Source: an uncultured Verrucomicrobiae bacterium (GTDB taxonomy: Bacteria; Verrucomicrobiota; Verrucomicrobiia; Limisphaerales; UBA11358). Taken from it: 64,000 nt of DNA. The notes under the pieces are model-generated. The model ran no database searches. It saw nothing but the letters and a program-made list of their open reading frames with translations, and was not told the origin of the DNA. The translations under genes and the position numbers were made by a program. Shown piece after piece: positions 37,062 through 45,057 of the stretch. Numbering within the stretch: the stretch's first letter is position 1; each line of letters begins with the position of its first letter. The stretch is from positions 55,310 through 119,309 of the forward strand of contig CAVRAN010000005.1 in NCBI GenBank assembly GCA_963719075.1. The letters are read 5' to 3'.

Positions 37062-37760
37062 ATGAAACAAAAACTAATCGGGTTGTCACAACAATATGTG
37101 ACGGCGTTGCGAAAACACCTGAAGCAGGGACCAAGTGCGAGCTTGCAGCCGGCGTTGGGACTGGGACGCCGGGCGGTCGTCCTCGGACTGGAGACACTGG
37201 AACTGGCCCGGATTCACGAGCGGGCACTCATCACACTGAAACTGTCCCGCAGCAAAAATGGAAAGCTCAAGCGCGCGAAGATTTTTTTTACCGAGGCCAT
37301 CACCCCGATTGTGGAGACGCACCGCGCCGCGCGGCAGACCAAAGTTCACTTGAGCCGGCTGCAGGAAACGCTGGGCCAGCGCACGGAGGAACTGGCCGCC
37401 ACCAACCGCCAGTTGCAACGCGGCGTCATCCGGCGCAAGGTCATGGAAGATGCCGCCGAGAAAAACGGGCAGCACCACGACAAATGCCTGGAGGAATCGC
37501 TCCAGTTGCAGAAGCGTTTGCGGCAACTGACGCACCGGGTGCTGGCGGCGCAGGAGGATGACCGCAAGCACATCAGCCGCGAACTTCAGGATGAAATCGG
37601 CCAGACTCTGCTGGGGATCAATGTCCGGCTGCTCTCGTTGAAACAGCAGTCCCGGAGCAACACCAAGGGTCTTAAGAATGAAATCGCCAGCACGCAACGA
37701 TTGGTGCTAAAGTCGGCCAGGTCCGTGCGGCGGGTCGCGCGTGAATTCGGCAGCTCATGA
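37062..37760 (+). CDS. truncated histidine-kinase paralog (RsbU_N-like domain plus degenerate HisKA_3, no ATPase domain)
   Basis: 232 aa. The N-terminal ~110 aa align with the next gene. The H-box reads ISRELQDEIGQ, with Gln in place of the phospho-acceptor His. The protein ends before any HATPase_c domain. Confidence 0.7.
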   Translation: MKQKLIGLSQQYVTALRKHLKQGPSASLQPALGLGRRAVVLGLETLELARIHERALITLKLSRSKNGKLKRAKIFFTEAITPIVETHRAARQTKVHLSRLQETLGQRTEELAATNRQLQRGVIRRKVMEDAAEKNGQHHDKCLEESLQLQKRLRQLTHRVLAAQEDDRKHISRELQDEIGQTLLGINVRLLSLKQQSRSNTKGLKNEIASTQRLVLKSARSVRRVAREFGSS

Positions 37761-38968
37761 AACAACGCAAATTTTCCAGACGCTATCAGGCGGCGTTGCT
37801 GGCGTATCTCAAGCAACGTTCGAGCGCGCGCCTGCAACCGGCGCGCGGCATGGGCCAGCAGGCGCTCACCGCTGGCCTGCAGACGCTGGACATTGCCAAG
37901 CTCCATGAGCAAATCCTGGTCACGCTGGTGTTGCCGGGCCGTCCGCCCGGTAAACGCACCGCGCTCATCAAACAGGCGGGGATTTTCTTTACCGAGGCGA
38001 TCACGCCGATCGAGAAAATTCATCGCGGTGCGCGGGAGGCCGCCATCCACCTGAACCAAATCGTCGAGATGTTGAGCCAGCGGACTGTGGAGCTGGCCGC
38101 CTCGAACCTGGACTTGGGAAATGAAATCGCCCAGCGCAAGGCGATGGAGGCCGCGCTCAAAAAAAGCGAGTTGCATTACAGCAGATTGCTGGCGCAGTCG
38201 GAACGCCTGCAGGAACAGTTGCGGCAATTGTCCCGCCAGATTCTTTTGACGCAGGAGGAGGAACGCCGCGAGATCAGCCGCGAGCTGCACGATGTCATCG
38301 CCCAGACTTTAGCCGGCATCAACGTCCGGCTGGCTACGTTGAAAAAGGACGCCGCAGTCAACACCAATGGTCTTGACCGCAACATCGCTCGCACGCAAAA
38401 GCTGGTGGAAAAGTCGGTCAACATTGTGCACCAGTTCGCGCGCGAATTGCGCCCGGCGGTGCTGGACGATCTTGGATTGATTCCAGCCTTGCATTCGTTT
38501 GTGAAAACCTTTTCCAAGCGGACGCGCATCCACGTTCACATGAAAATTTTTGCGGGTGTCGAACAGTTGGACACCAACAAAGACACCAACAAAGACACCA
38601 ACAAAGACACCAACAATAAAAAGCGCACGGTGCTTTATCGCGTCGCCCAGGAATCGCTGAACAATGTCGGCCGCCACGCGAAAGCCAGCCGCGTGGAATT
38701 GAACATCCAGAAAATTCATCAAGTCGCCCGCATGGAAATCAAGGACGACGGCAAATCTTTTCAAGTCGAGCGCGTATTGCGCGCACGCGGAAACAAACAA
38801 TTAGGACTGCTCGGCATGAGGGAACGAGTCGAAATGGTCGGCGGCACTTTTTGCGTCGAATCCGCACCCGGCCATGGCACCACCGTCCGCGTGGAGATTC
38901 CATTCGCCCACGTCCGGAAAGACGCGCTGAAAAAATCTAGTAAAAAAACCACACTGGAATGCCCATGA
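37757..38968 (+). CDS. sensor histidine kinase (RsbU_N-like N-terminal domain, HisKA_3, HATPase_c)
   Basis: 403 aa, ATGA-coupled to the upstream paralog. It has the H-box ISRELHDVIAQTL, an N-box (QESLNNVGRHA) and a G-box (APGHGTTVRVEIP). Confidence 0.85.
   Translation: MKQRKFSRRYQAALLAYLKQRSSARLQPARGMGQQALTAGLQTLDIAKLHEQILVTLVLPGRPPGKRTALIKQAGIFFTEAITPIEKIHRGAREAAIHLNQIVEMLSQRTVELAASNLDLGNEIAQRKAMEAALKKSELHYSRLLAQSERLQEQLRQLSRQILLTQEEERREISRELHDVIAQTLAGINVRLATLKKDAAVNTNGLDRNIARTQKLVEKSVNIVHQFARELRPAVLDDLGLIPALHSFVKTFSKRTRIHVHMKIFAGVEQLDTNKDTNKDTNKDTNNKKRTVLYRVAQESLNNVGRHAKASRVELNIQKIHQVARMEIKDDGKSFQVERVLRARGNKQLGLLGMRERVEMVGGTFCVESAPGHGTTVRVEIPFAHVRKDALKKSSKKTTLECP
38570..38617. repeat. 12-bp in-frame microsatellite (GACACCAACAAA x4) inside kinase gene
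   Basis: It encodes DTNKDTNKDTNKDTNN just upstream of the N-box. Confidence 0.9.
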
Positions 38969-39642
38969 AACGAATCACTGTCCTATTGGCGGAAGATCAC
39001 ACGATTGTGCGAGAAGGATTTCGCAAGATGCTCGAACTCGAAGACGACATCGAAATCATCGCAGAAGCACAAGATGGTCGCCAGGCGATTGCGATGGCAA
39101 AAAAACTTCGTCCCGACGTGGTGCTGATGGACATTGCGATGCCTCTGCTCAATGGCTTGGAGGCCACCCGCCAGGTGCTCAAAGCAATCCCGGCCACCAA
39201 GGTACTCATTCTCTCGGCGCACAGCGACGACGCGTATGTCAAAAACGCAACCGAGTCCGGCGCGGTGGGATTTCTGCTCAAACAAACCTCCGCCCATGCA
39301 GTGTGCCGGGCGATTCGGGAAGTTTACAAGGGAAAAACATTTTTTAGCCCTTCGATTGCCAAACGTCTTCATGAACGCGATCGCAAATCGCCGAATCGGA
39401 GCGGATTACTGAAGCCGCGCAATGCCCATCTGAGTTCGCGGGAGGCGGAGGTGCTTCAATTGATTGCCGAAGGCAAAGCCAACAAGGAAACTGCCGCCGA
39501 ACTGGGCATCGCCATCAAGACCGTCGAGAAGCATCGCGAGCATCTCATGGAGAAGCTCAACATCCATGACACGGCCGGACTCACCCGTTACGCCATCAGC
39601 GAGGGCATCATCGAGAGCAGTGTCCAGTTGACGATTGTTTAG
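38959..39642 (+). CDS. NarL/FixJ-family response regulator (REC plus LuxR-type HTH)
   Basis: 227 aa with VLLAEDH...DVVLMDIAMP (receiver) and LSSREAEVLQLIAEGKANKETAAELGIAIKTVEKHR (HTH). It overlaps the kinase stop. Confidence 0.9.
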   Translation: MPMKRITVLLAEDHTIVREGFRKMLELEDDIEIIAEAQDGRQAIAMAKKLRPDVVLMDIAMPLLNGLEATRQVLKAIPATKVLILSAHSDDAYVKNATESGAVGFLLKQTSAHAVCRAIREVYKGKTFFSPSIAKRLHERDRKSPNRSGLLKPRNAHLSSREAEVLQLIAEGKANKETAAELGIAIKTVEKHREHLMEKLNIHDTAGLTRYAISEGIIESSVQLTIV

Positions 39643-39694
39643 CAACTCTCTGCGATTTTTGTTTCGCGCCAACATTTCTTGATCGGCGGCATTA

Positions 39695-40027
39695 TTGGTT
39701 ATGGAGGAAAACAGCCTCGCTTTCTGGATGACATTGGCCGGCACCGTTTGCTGGGGTATTTGCTTTTGGTGGATGCACCGGCTTTCAACAAAACAAAATG
39801 CCCTTTTGGATCAACTTCGTGATCAGGGCAAACGCATCGAAAAGTTATCCAAGGTTGAACATGATCTCATCAAGGAAGTCCATCCACAGGTTGGCGAGAT
39901 CAAGGAAGGGATGGAAGAAATAATTGCGGTGGTGAAGGAAAATTCAGAAAGCCACCCTCCGGCACCCAAAAAAAGTGCATTAGTCCGCCATCCCGACCTG
40001 CTGAGACAAATTTGGATTCATAAGTGA
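39695..40027 (+). CDS. hypothetical small membrane protein
   Basis: 110 aa with one TM helix (FWMTLAGTVCWGICFWW) and a charged helical tail. The start is TTG 39695 or ATG 39701. Confidence 0.45.
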   Translation: MVMEENSLAFWMTLAGTVCWGICFWWMHRLSTKQNALLDQLRDQGKRIEKLSKVEHDLIKEVHPQVGEIKEGMEEIIAVVKENSESHPPAPKKSALVRHPDLLRQIWIHK

Positions 40028-40029
40028 CT

Positions 40030-40050
40030 GGTAGGGTAACACCCCATAGC
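40030..40050 (+). promoter_or_regulatory. stress-promoter motif copy (GGTAGGGTAACACCCCATAGC)
   Basis: TATACT at 40069..40074 and the ATG at 40083 give a leaderless geometry. Confidence 0.7.
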
Positions 40051-40082
40051 CTGCAAAATGTTCCAGCTTATACTTTAGTTTA

Positions 40083-40577
40083 ATGATAGATAAAAAAACG
40101 TCGCAGGCCAGGGAACCGGTCGGCGCAGCGCCCCAACACAAACCGAATCCACGCCAACGCATTCTCGTGGTCGAGGACGATGATGAAATCCGCCGTCTCA
40201 ACGCCGAAGTGTTAATGCACTCTGGCTACAAGGTGGATACCGCCGTAGATGGCGCTGTCGCCTGGGACGCTCTTCAACTTAACACTTATGACCTCCTGGT
40301 TACCGACCACAATATGCCGAAGCTGTCAGGCGTTGAATTGCTCAAGAAGCTACATGCCGACCGCATGGCACTGCCAGTCATCTTGGTGTCGGGAACGATA
40401 CCGACGGAGAAATTGAAACGCCATCCGTGGCTGCAAATTCAGGCTACCCTGCTCAAGCCCTTTACCGCCGACGAGTTGTTAGGAACTGTGAGAAAGGTTC
40501 TGCGTGCGACCAACGGTGATCACGAGCAACTTGAGCCGCCGTCAAACTGGCAAGGCCAGCCGTTACCCAATGGTTAG
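40083..40577 (+). CDS. single-domain response regulator (receiver only)
   Basis: 164 aa with RILVVEDDDEIRR...LLVTDHNMPKLSG...LLKPF. It is a paralog of 49889..50329. Confidence 0.85.
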   Translation: MIDKKTSQAREPVGAAPQHKPNPRQRILVVEDDDEIRRLNAEVLMHSGYKVDTAVDGAVAWDALQLNTYDLLVTDHNMPKLSGVELLKKLHADRMALPVILVSGTIPTEKLKRHPWLQIQATLLKPFTADELLGTVRKVLRATNGDHEQLEPPSNWQGQPLPNG

Positions 40578-40682
40578 CCGTAATAATGATTTCACTCTGC
40601 AGTTCAGTGTTTATTCAAAGAGAAAGGACGTTAGCCTGCCGTTCTTATCTCTTGTGGCAGGGCTGAATTCATCAACTCCGAC

Positions 40683-40703
40683 ATGGGGAGAACACCCCAT
40701 AGT
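40683..40703 (+). promoter_or_regulatory. stress-promoter motif copy (ATGGGGAGAACACCCCATAGT)
   Basis: TATACT lies at 40724..40729 and the ATG at 40737. Confidence 0.6.
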
Positions 40704-40736
40704 GTCCACGTAATTTTCATGTTTATACTTCAGACT

Positions 40737-40895
40737 ATGAAAAGTAATTGCAGGAAGAAGTCGCTGACGTTCGGTGAATTCATCGCACGTGTCTATGATA
40801 TCTGGGGCGAACACAAAGCCGGAGGAATTGTCCGTCTTGCCATCAAGACGCACTTGATTGAGTTTCGCGGACAACAACGCTTCGTGATTTTTTGA
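40737..40895 (+). CDS. hypothetical small protein
   Basis: 52-aa ORF (MKSNCRKKSLTFGEFIARVYDIWGEH...) that begins 7 nt after the -10-like box. Confidence 0.4.
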   Translation: MKSNCRKKSLTFGEFIARVYDIWGEHKAGGIVRLAIKTHLIEFRGQQRFVIF

Positions 40896-40941
40896 AGACC
40901 TCAAAAAAGATTTTCGTTTCAACTTCAGGAAGGCGGCCGGC

Positions 40942-41790
40942 TTGAATATCCAACCGGGCCGGAGAATTGGAAGTTCAGCGCTGGTGGTTCTGTCGTTTTA
41001 TCTTTCGCTGTTCGCATACGCGCAAGGATCAGCCGTTGACTCCACAAATTCGCTGGGAGCGGAGAATGTTGTTCTCCCCAAATCCGTTCCCGACCCCATC
41101 GAACCGTTCAACCGGGTGATGTGGGACTTTAATGTGGGGCTGATGACCGACGTCATCAAGCCGACAAGCCGCGTTTATCGGTTCATTGTTGTGAAACCGG
41201 TTCGAACCGGAATCGGAAATTTTGGCAGGAACCTCACTTACCCGGGACGATTGATCAACAATCTGCTTCAGGGAAAGTGGAGCGGCGCGCGCGATGAAAC
41301 CTACCGGTTTCTCTGCAATACCACCGTCGGCGTGGCCGGATTCTGGGACGTGGGAACCAAATGGAAGATTCCAAAATCGGACGCGGATTTTGGCCAGACT
41401 TTCGGCAAATGGGGCTGGAAGCCGCATTGTTTTTTCATGCTGCCGGTTTTTGGGCCGAGCAACGAACGCGACACCCTCGGCTTGGCCGCCGACACCGCCG
41501 CCAATCCGTTGCTCTATATCGCTCCCTACAAATTCGACGCGAACAATCCGCTGACCTATCTCGGCCCCTACACTTATTTCACCTACGCGGTCATGTATAA
41601 CGATTTGTCCGACACCGTGGGTGAATATGTGCGCTTCAGCCAGGCTGAAATGGATCCGTATTCCGAGATTCAATATGCCTGGACATTCGCGCGGGCGAAC
41701 CGCGTGGCGGATTTTCAGGTGAAGGGAAAACAGGACGAGGCTTCGCTGGAAACCCTCGAATCCGTTTTCTTCACCTATCAAAGACCCTGA
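40942..41790 (+). CDS. mlaA: MlaA/VacJ family lipoprotein
   Basis: DPIEPFNRVMWDFN ... NFGRNLTYPGRLINNLLQGK ... NTTVGVAGFWDV are MlaA signatures. Confidence 0.8.
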   Translation: MNIQPGRRIGSSALVVLSFYLSLFAYAQGSAVDSTNSLGAENVVLPKSVPDPIEPFNRVMWDFNVGLMTDVIKPTSRVYRFIVVKPVRTGIGNFGRNLTYPGRLINNLLQGKWSGARDETYRFLCNTTVGVAGFWDVGTKWKIPKSDADFGQTFGKWGWKPHCFFMLPVFGPSNERDTLGLAADTAANPLLYIAPYKFDANNPLTYLGPYTYFTYAVMYNDLSDTVGEYVRFSQAEMDPYSEIQYAWTFARANRVADFQVKGKQDEASLETLESVFFTYQRP

Positions 41791-41822
41791 ATTTCCCGGG
41801 CCACGGCAAGACCCGGTCGGTT

Positions 41823-42870
41823 TTGATTCCGGCGACAGGCCGGAAATTAAAATTCACGTTTTGGTTGCAACCGGGAAAAGCGCCCGTGGTTTACATCGTT
41901 CCCGGTCTGGGCTCACATCGGCTGGCCGAAACTTCTCTGGCGCTGGCCGAGTTGGTTTATCAAAAACGGCTTCTCCGCCGTGAGTCGTCAGCAGCCCGTT
42001 CAACTCCGAGTTCATGGAAAACGCCTCGACCGCGGCCCTGCCGGCTTATCTGCCGGTGGACGGCCACGACTTGCACGTCGCGTTGACGGAAATTGACCGC
42101 CACTTGCACGAATTGTATCCGGACCGGTTGGGCGACAGGGCGTTGATGGGTTATTCCATGGGCGCATTCGATTCTTTGTACGTCGCGTCCACCGAACCGA
42201 CGAATCAGTTGCCGTTGATTAAATTTGACCGTTATGTGGCCATCAACACCCCCGGTCCGATTGCTCCACGGGATTTCCAAGCTGGACGAATTTTACCACG
42301 CGCCCCTGAGCTGGCCGGCTGCGGACCGAACCGACAACATCGAAAACACTTTTCTCAAGGTGGCCGCCTTGAGCAAGCTCACCCTCACGCCGCAAACCTC
42401 CCTGCCCTTCAACGCCATCGAATCCAAATTTCTCATCGGCCTGACGTTTCGATTCATGCTGCGCGACATCATTTACAGCAGCCAGCGGCGGAACAATCAG
42501 GGAGTCCTGCAACATCCGATCCGGAATTTCCGGCGCGAGCCGGTGTATCAGGAAATTCTTCAATTATTCCTACCAGGATTATTTTGAGAAATTTGCGATC
42601 CCATATTATCAGGCCCACGGACTTGGACTGGACGCGGCGGAAACATTGAAAAAGGCCGGTGACTTGCGGACGTATGACGCCGGCCTGCGCGCCAACCCGG
42701 ACATCCGCGTCATCTGCAATGAAAACGATTTTCTTCTGGCGGACGAAGATTTGGCCTGGCTCCGCGCCACGTTCTCGCCGGAACAATTGACCGTCTTCAA
42801 TCGCGGCGGACACTTGGGAAATCTCTTCAATCCGACCGTGCAAAAAACAATTTTAGAAGCGCTGGCGAAT
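41823..42870 (+). pseudogene. alpha/beta hydrolase, multiply frameshifted
   Basis: Homologous sense continues across three reading frames, with switches near 41962-41966 (A-run), ~41986, 42248-42252 (C-run) and ~42555. The GYSMGA nucleophile elbow (GxSxG) is present. Confidence 0.6.
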
Positions 42871-42985
42871 CTGAATCCACCCCGGCAAAGTCCCGTCGTC
42901 CTCCCGCGAAATCCCGCAGCCTCCCCGCAAAGTCCCGGCTCGCTCCCATGAAATCCCGGATGTTTCCCGCGAAATCTTGCGCGTG
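42870..42985. repeat. 21-bp-period degenerate tandem array (5-6 units, core CCCGCGAAATCCCG)
   Basis: TCCCG recurs at 42891, 42912, 42933 and 42954, and as TCTTG at 42975, exactly 21 bp apart. Confidence 0.75.
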
Positions 42986-43018
42986 GGTCATGCGGGAAAA
43001 TTTCAGGCGTCAACGCGT

Positions 43019-43039
43019 ATGGGGGAAACACCCCATAGC
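43019..43039 (+). promoter_or_regulatory. stress-promoter motif copy (ATGGGGGAAACACCCCATAGC)
   Basis: TATGCT lies at 43060..43065. A 6-codon mini-ORF starts at 43076. Confidence 0.6.
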
Positions 43040-43092
43040 ATCGTCAAGGTTTCCCTGTCTATGCTTGTAGCGTTTATGAAAAATTTCCGCCC

Positions 43093-43827
43093 ATGAAATC
43101 TGAAGCTCGAGCATTCACCATCCGGGCAATTCCAATTGCCGTCGAGTGGCAGCGCGCCGTTCGAACCGGCAAAATTCCACTGACGGCCAAAGTCATCTGT
43201 ACCGTTTTCCTCGCCGTCCTCGTTCCGGTCTATTTGCACACCTACGGGCCGACCAATTTTTTATGGTTTTGCGATGCCGCGCTCATTCTCACGGTGGCGG
43301 GGATATGGCTGGAAAGTTCCCTGCTCATCAGCATGTGCGCCGTGGGCATACTGCTTCCGCAATGCCTCTGGCTCGCGGATTTTGGCAGCAATCTTCTGGG
43401 TTTTCCCTTTCTGAACCTGACGGGTTATATGTTCGATCCGCATCTTCCCCTTTTCACGCGCGGGCTTTCACTGTTTCATGGCTGGCTGCCTTTCCTGCTC
43501 GTCTGGCTGCTATTCCGTCTTGACTACGATAAACGCGCATTGACTGCGTGGACGGTCGTGGCGGCAGGGTTGGTACTGGTCAGTTACGTTTTTACTCTGC
43601 CCGCCGGAGCGCATCCGGCCAACCCCAACGTCCCCGTCAATATTAATTATGTTTACGGATTTAACGACCAGCAGCCGCAACACTGGGTCAACCAAAACCT
43701 TTATGTTGCCCTGTTGTTTGGCATGTTGTGGCTTGTCGCATTTCTCCCCACCCACTTGGTTTTGCGGAAAATTTTTGCCGTGAGAAAGCCGGAGTCGGCA
43801 CTGAAACTTCCCATTCGATTTATGTAA
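43093..43827 (+). CDS. multi-pass membrane protein (hypothetical)
   Basis: 244 aa with ~6 hydrophobic helices. No family recognised. Confidence 0.6.
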   Translation: MKSEARAFTIRAIPIAVEWQRAVRTGKIPLTAKVICTVFLAVLVPVYLHTYGPTNFLWFCDAALILTVAGIWLESSLLISMCAVGILLPQCLWLADFGSNLLGFPFLNLTGYMFDPHLPLFTRGLSLFHGWLPFLLVWLLFRLDYDKRALTAWTVVAAGLVLVSYVFTLPAGAHPANPNVPVNINYVYGFNDQQPQHWVNQNLYVALLFGMLWLVAFLPTHLVLRKIFAVRKPESALKLPIRFM

Positions 43828-43868
43828 TCATCCCAGTCTGCCAGTCAGGACTGGATTCAAAAATGTTT

Positions 43869-43889
43869 GGTAGGGTAACACCCCATGGC
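43869..43889 (+). promoter_or_regulatory. stress-promoter motif copy (GGTAGGGTAACACCCCATGGC)
   Basis: CATTAT/TATCGT lies 20-23 nt downstream. It is upstream of the CBM48-DUF883 operon. Confidence 0.65.
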
Positions 43890-43965
43890 GTCCGCACGCC
43901 TTCCCTGCGCATTATCGTGATGTAAAATAAAAACATTCTCCAAAAATTAAAAGTCAACCATTCCG

Positions 43966-44364
43966 ATGGATCAAAATATGAAACACAATCACAATCATGA
44001 CAACGCCCGCAGCGCCGCCCAGCAACTGGTGCCTATTCGCTTTGAATTCACGCATCCGACGGCCACGACCGTTTGCGTCGCGGGAAGTTTTAATCATTGG
44101 CAGCCCGAAGCCAAGACGCTGCATTCCTCCGGTGTCGGCCACTGGTGGAAGGAAACGGCTCTCGCACCCGGCACCTATGAGTATTGCCTTGTGGTGGACG
44201 GCAAATGGATGCCCGATCCGCGCGCCAAAGAATCCGTGCCCAACCCGTTTGGCGGAAGAAACTCGATATTGAAAGTGGCCAGCTCGCCAGCAGCCGCGCA
44301 TCTCGCCGACGCAGAAAATTTACCGTTGAAAAAACAAACAAATGGAAACGACAGAAAAATATGA
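43966..44364 (+). CDS. glycogen-binding (CBM48/AMPK-beta-like) domain protein
   Basis: VCVAGSFNHWQPE...GHWWKETALAPGTYEYCLVVDGKWMPDP...FGGRNSIL is the CBM48 pattern. Confidence 0.75.
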   Translation: MDQNMKHNHNHDNARSAAQQLVPIRFEFTHPTATTVCVAGSFNHWQPEAKTLHSSGVGHWWKETALAPGTYEYCLVVDGKWMPDPRAKESVPNPFGGRNSILKVASSPAAAHLADAENLPLKKQTNGNDRKI

Positions 44365-44660
44365 ACAAACATACACAAGCTCACAGTAATGATATTGGCT
44401 CACTTGCCGAAGACGCGCGTGCGTTGATGGCTGCCACCGTTGACGTGGCCGGAGAAAAAGTCGGGGACGCCCGCAAGCGTCTCGCCGCTGCGTTGGAACG
44501 CGGCAAGGAAATCGCCAGCAATGTCCGTGACAAAGCAGTCGCCGGTGCTAAAGCGGCGGACGAAGCCGTGCATGAACATCCGTATAAAGCCATCGCCATC
44601 GGCGTCGGCCTGGGGGCGATTTTTGGCTATCTCCTCGCGCGCCGTTGCTCCCGCGACTGA
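44361..44660 (+). CDS. DUF883 (ElaB/YqjD/YgaM-type) membrane-anchored stress protein
   Basis: 99 aa, ATGA-coupled. It has helical repeats and the C-terminal HPYKAIAIGVGLGAIFGYLLARR anchor. Confidence 0.85.
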   Translation: MNKHTQAHSNDIGSLAEDARALMAATVDVAGEKVGDARKRLAAALERGKEIASNVRDKAVAGAKAADEAVHEHPYKAIAIGVGLGAIFGYLLARRCSRD

Positions 44661-44667
44661 TTTTGTT

Positions 44668-45057
44668 ATGGAAGAACCCACCGTCAGCGTCGGGCAACTG
44701 GGCGTAAGCTCGAAACATTTTGCGCGGCGGCTGGTGACCATAGGAGAAAACCGACTCGAACTGCTGGCGGTGGAAGTGCAGGAGGAACGCGAACGCCATC
44801 TGCACGCCATCCTGCTGGCGTTCAGTGTGGCGGTGCTCGCTCTGCTCGCCGGCCTGACGCTTACGGCGGCCATCGTGATTTGGCTGTGGGCTTGGTCACA
44901 CGTAGCTGTCCTCCTGATATTAACGGCTCTTTACGGAGCCGCCGGGATTTGTCTTTATCGGCGACTCACCGGACTGCTGCGTAATTGGCAGATGCTTTCT
45001 GCCACGTTTGATCAACTTCGAAAGGATCGCGCCTGTCTGGAAAAATTTCTCGCATGA
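44668..45057 (+). CDS. YqjE-like / phage-holin-family membrane protein
   Basis: 129 aa with RLELLAVEVQEERERHL followed by two TM helices. Confidence 0.65.
   Translation: MEEPTVSVGQLGVSSKHFARRLVTIGENRLELLAVEVQEERERHLHAILLAFSVAVLALLAGLTLTAAIVIWLWAWSHVAVLLILTALYGAAGICLYRRLTGLLRNWQMLSATFDQLRKDRACLEKFLA

Noticed and set aside
36836-37561. 241-aa Gly/Arg/Pro-rich ORF overlapping the kinase paralog
   Set aside because: It is out of frame with 37062..37760, which has clear HisKA_3 and RsbU_N-like similarity to the adjacent kinase. The composition is typical of an off-frame artefact.
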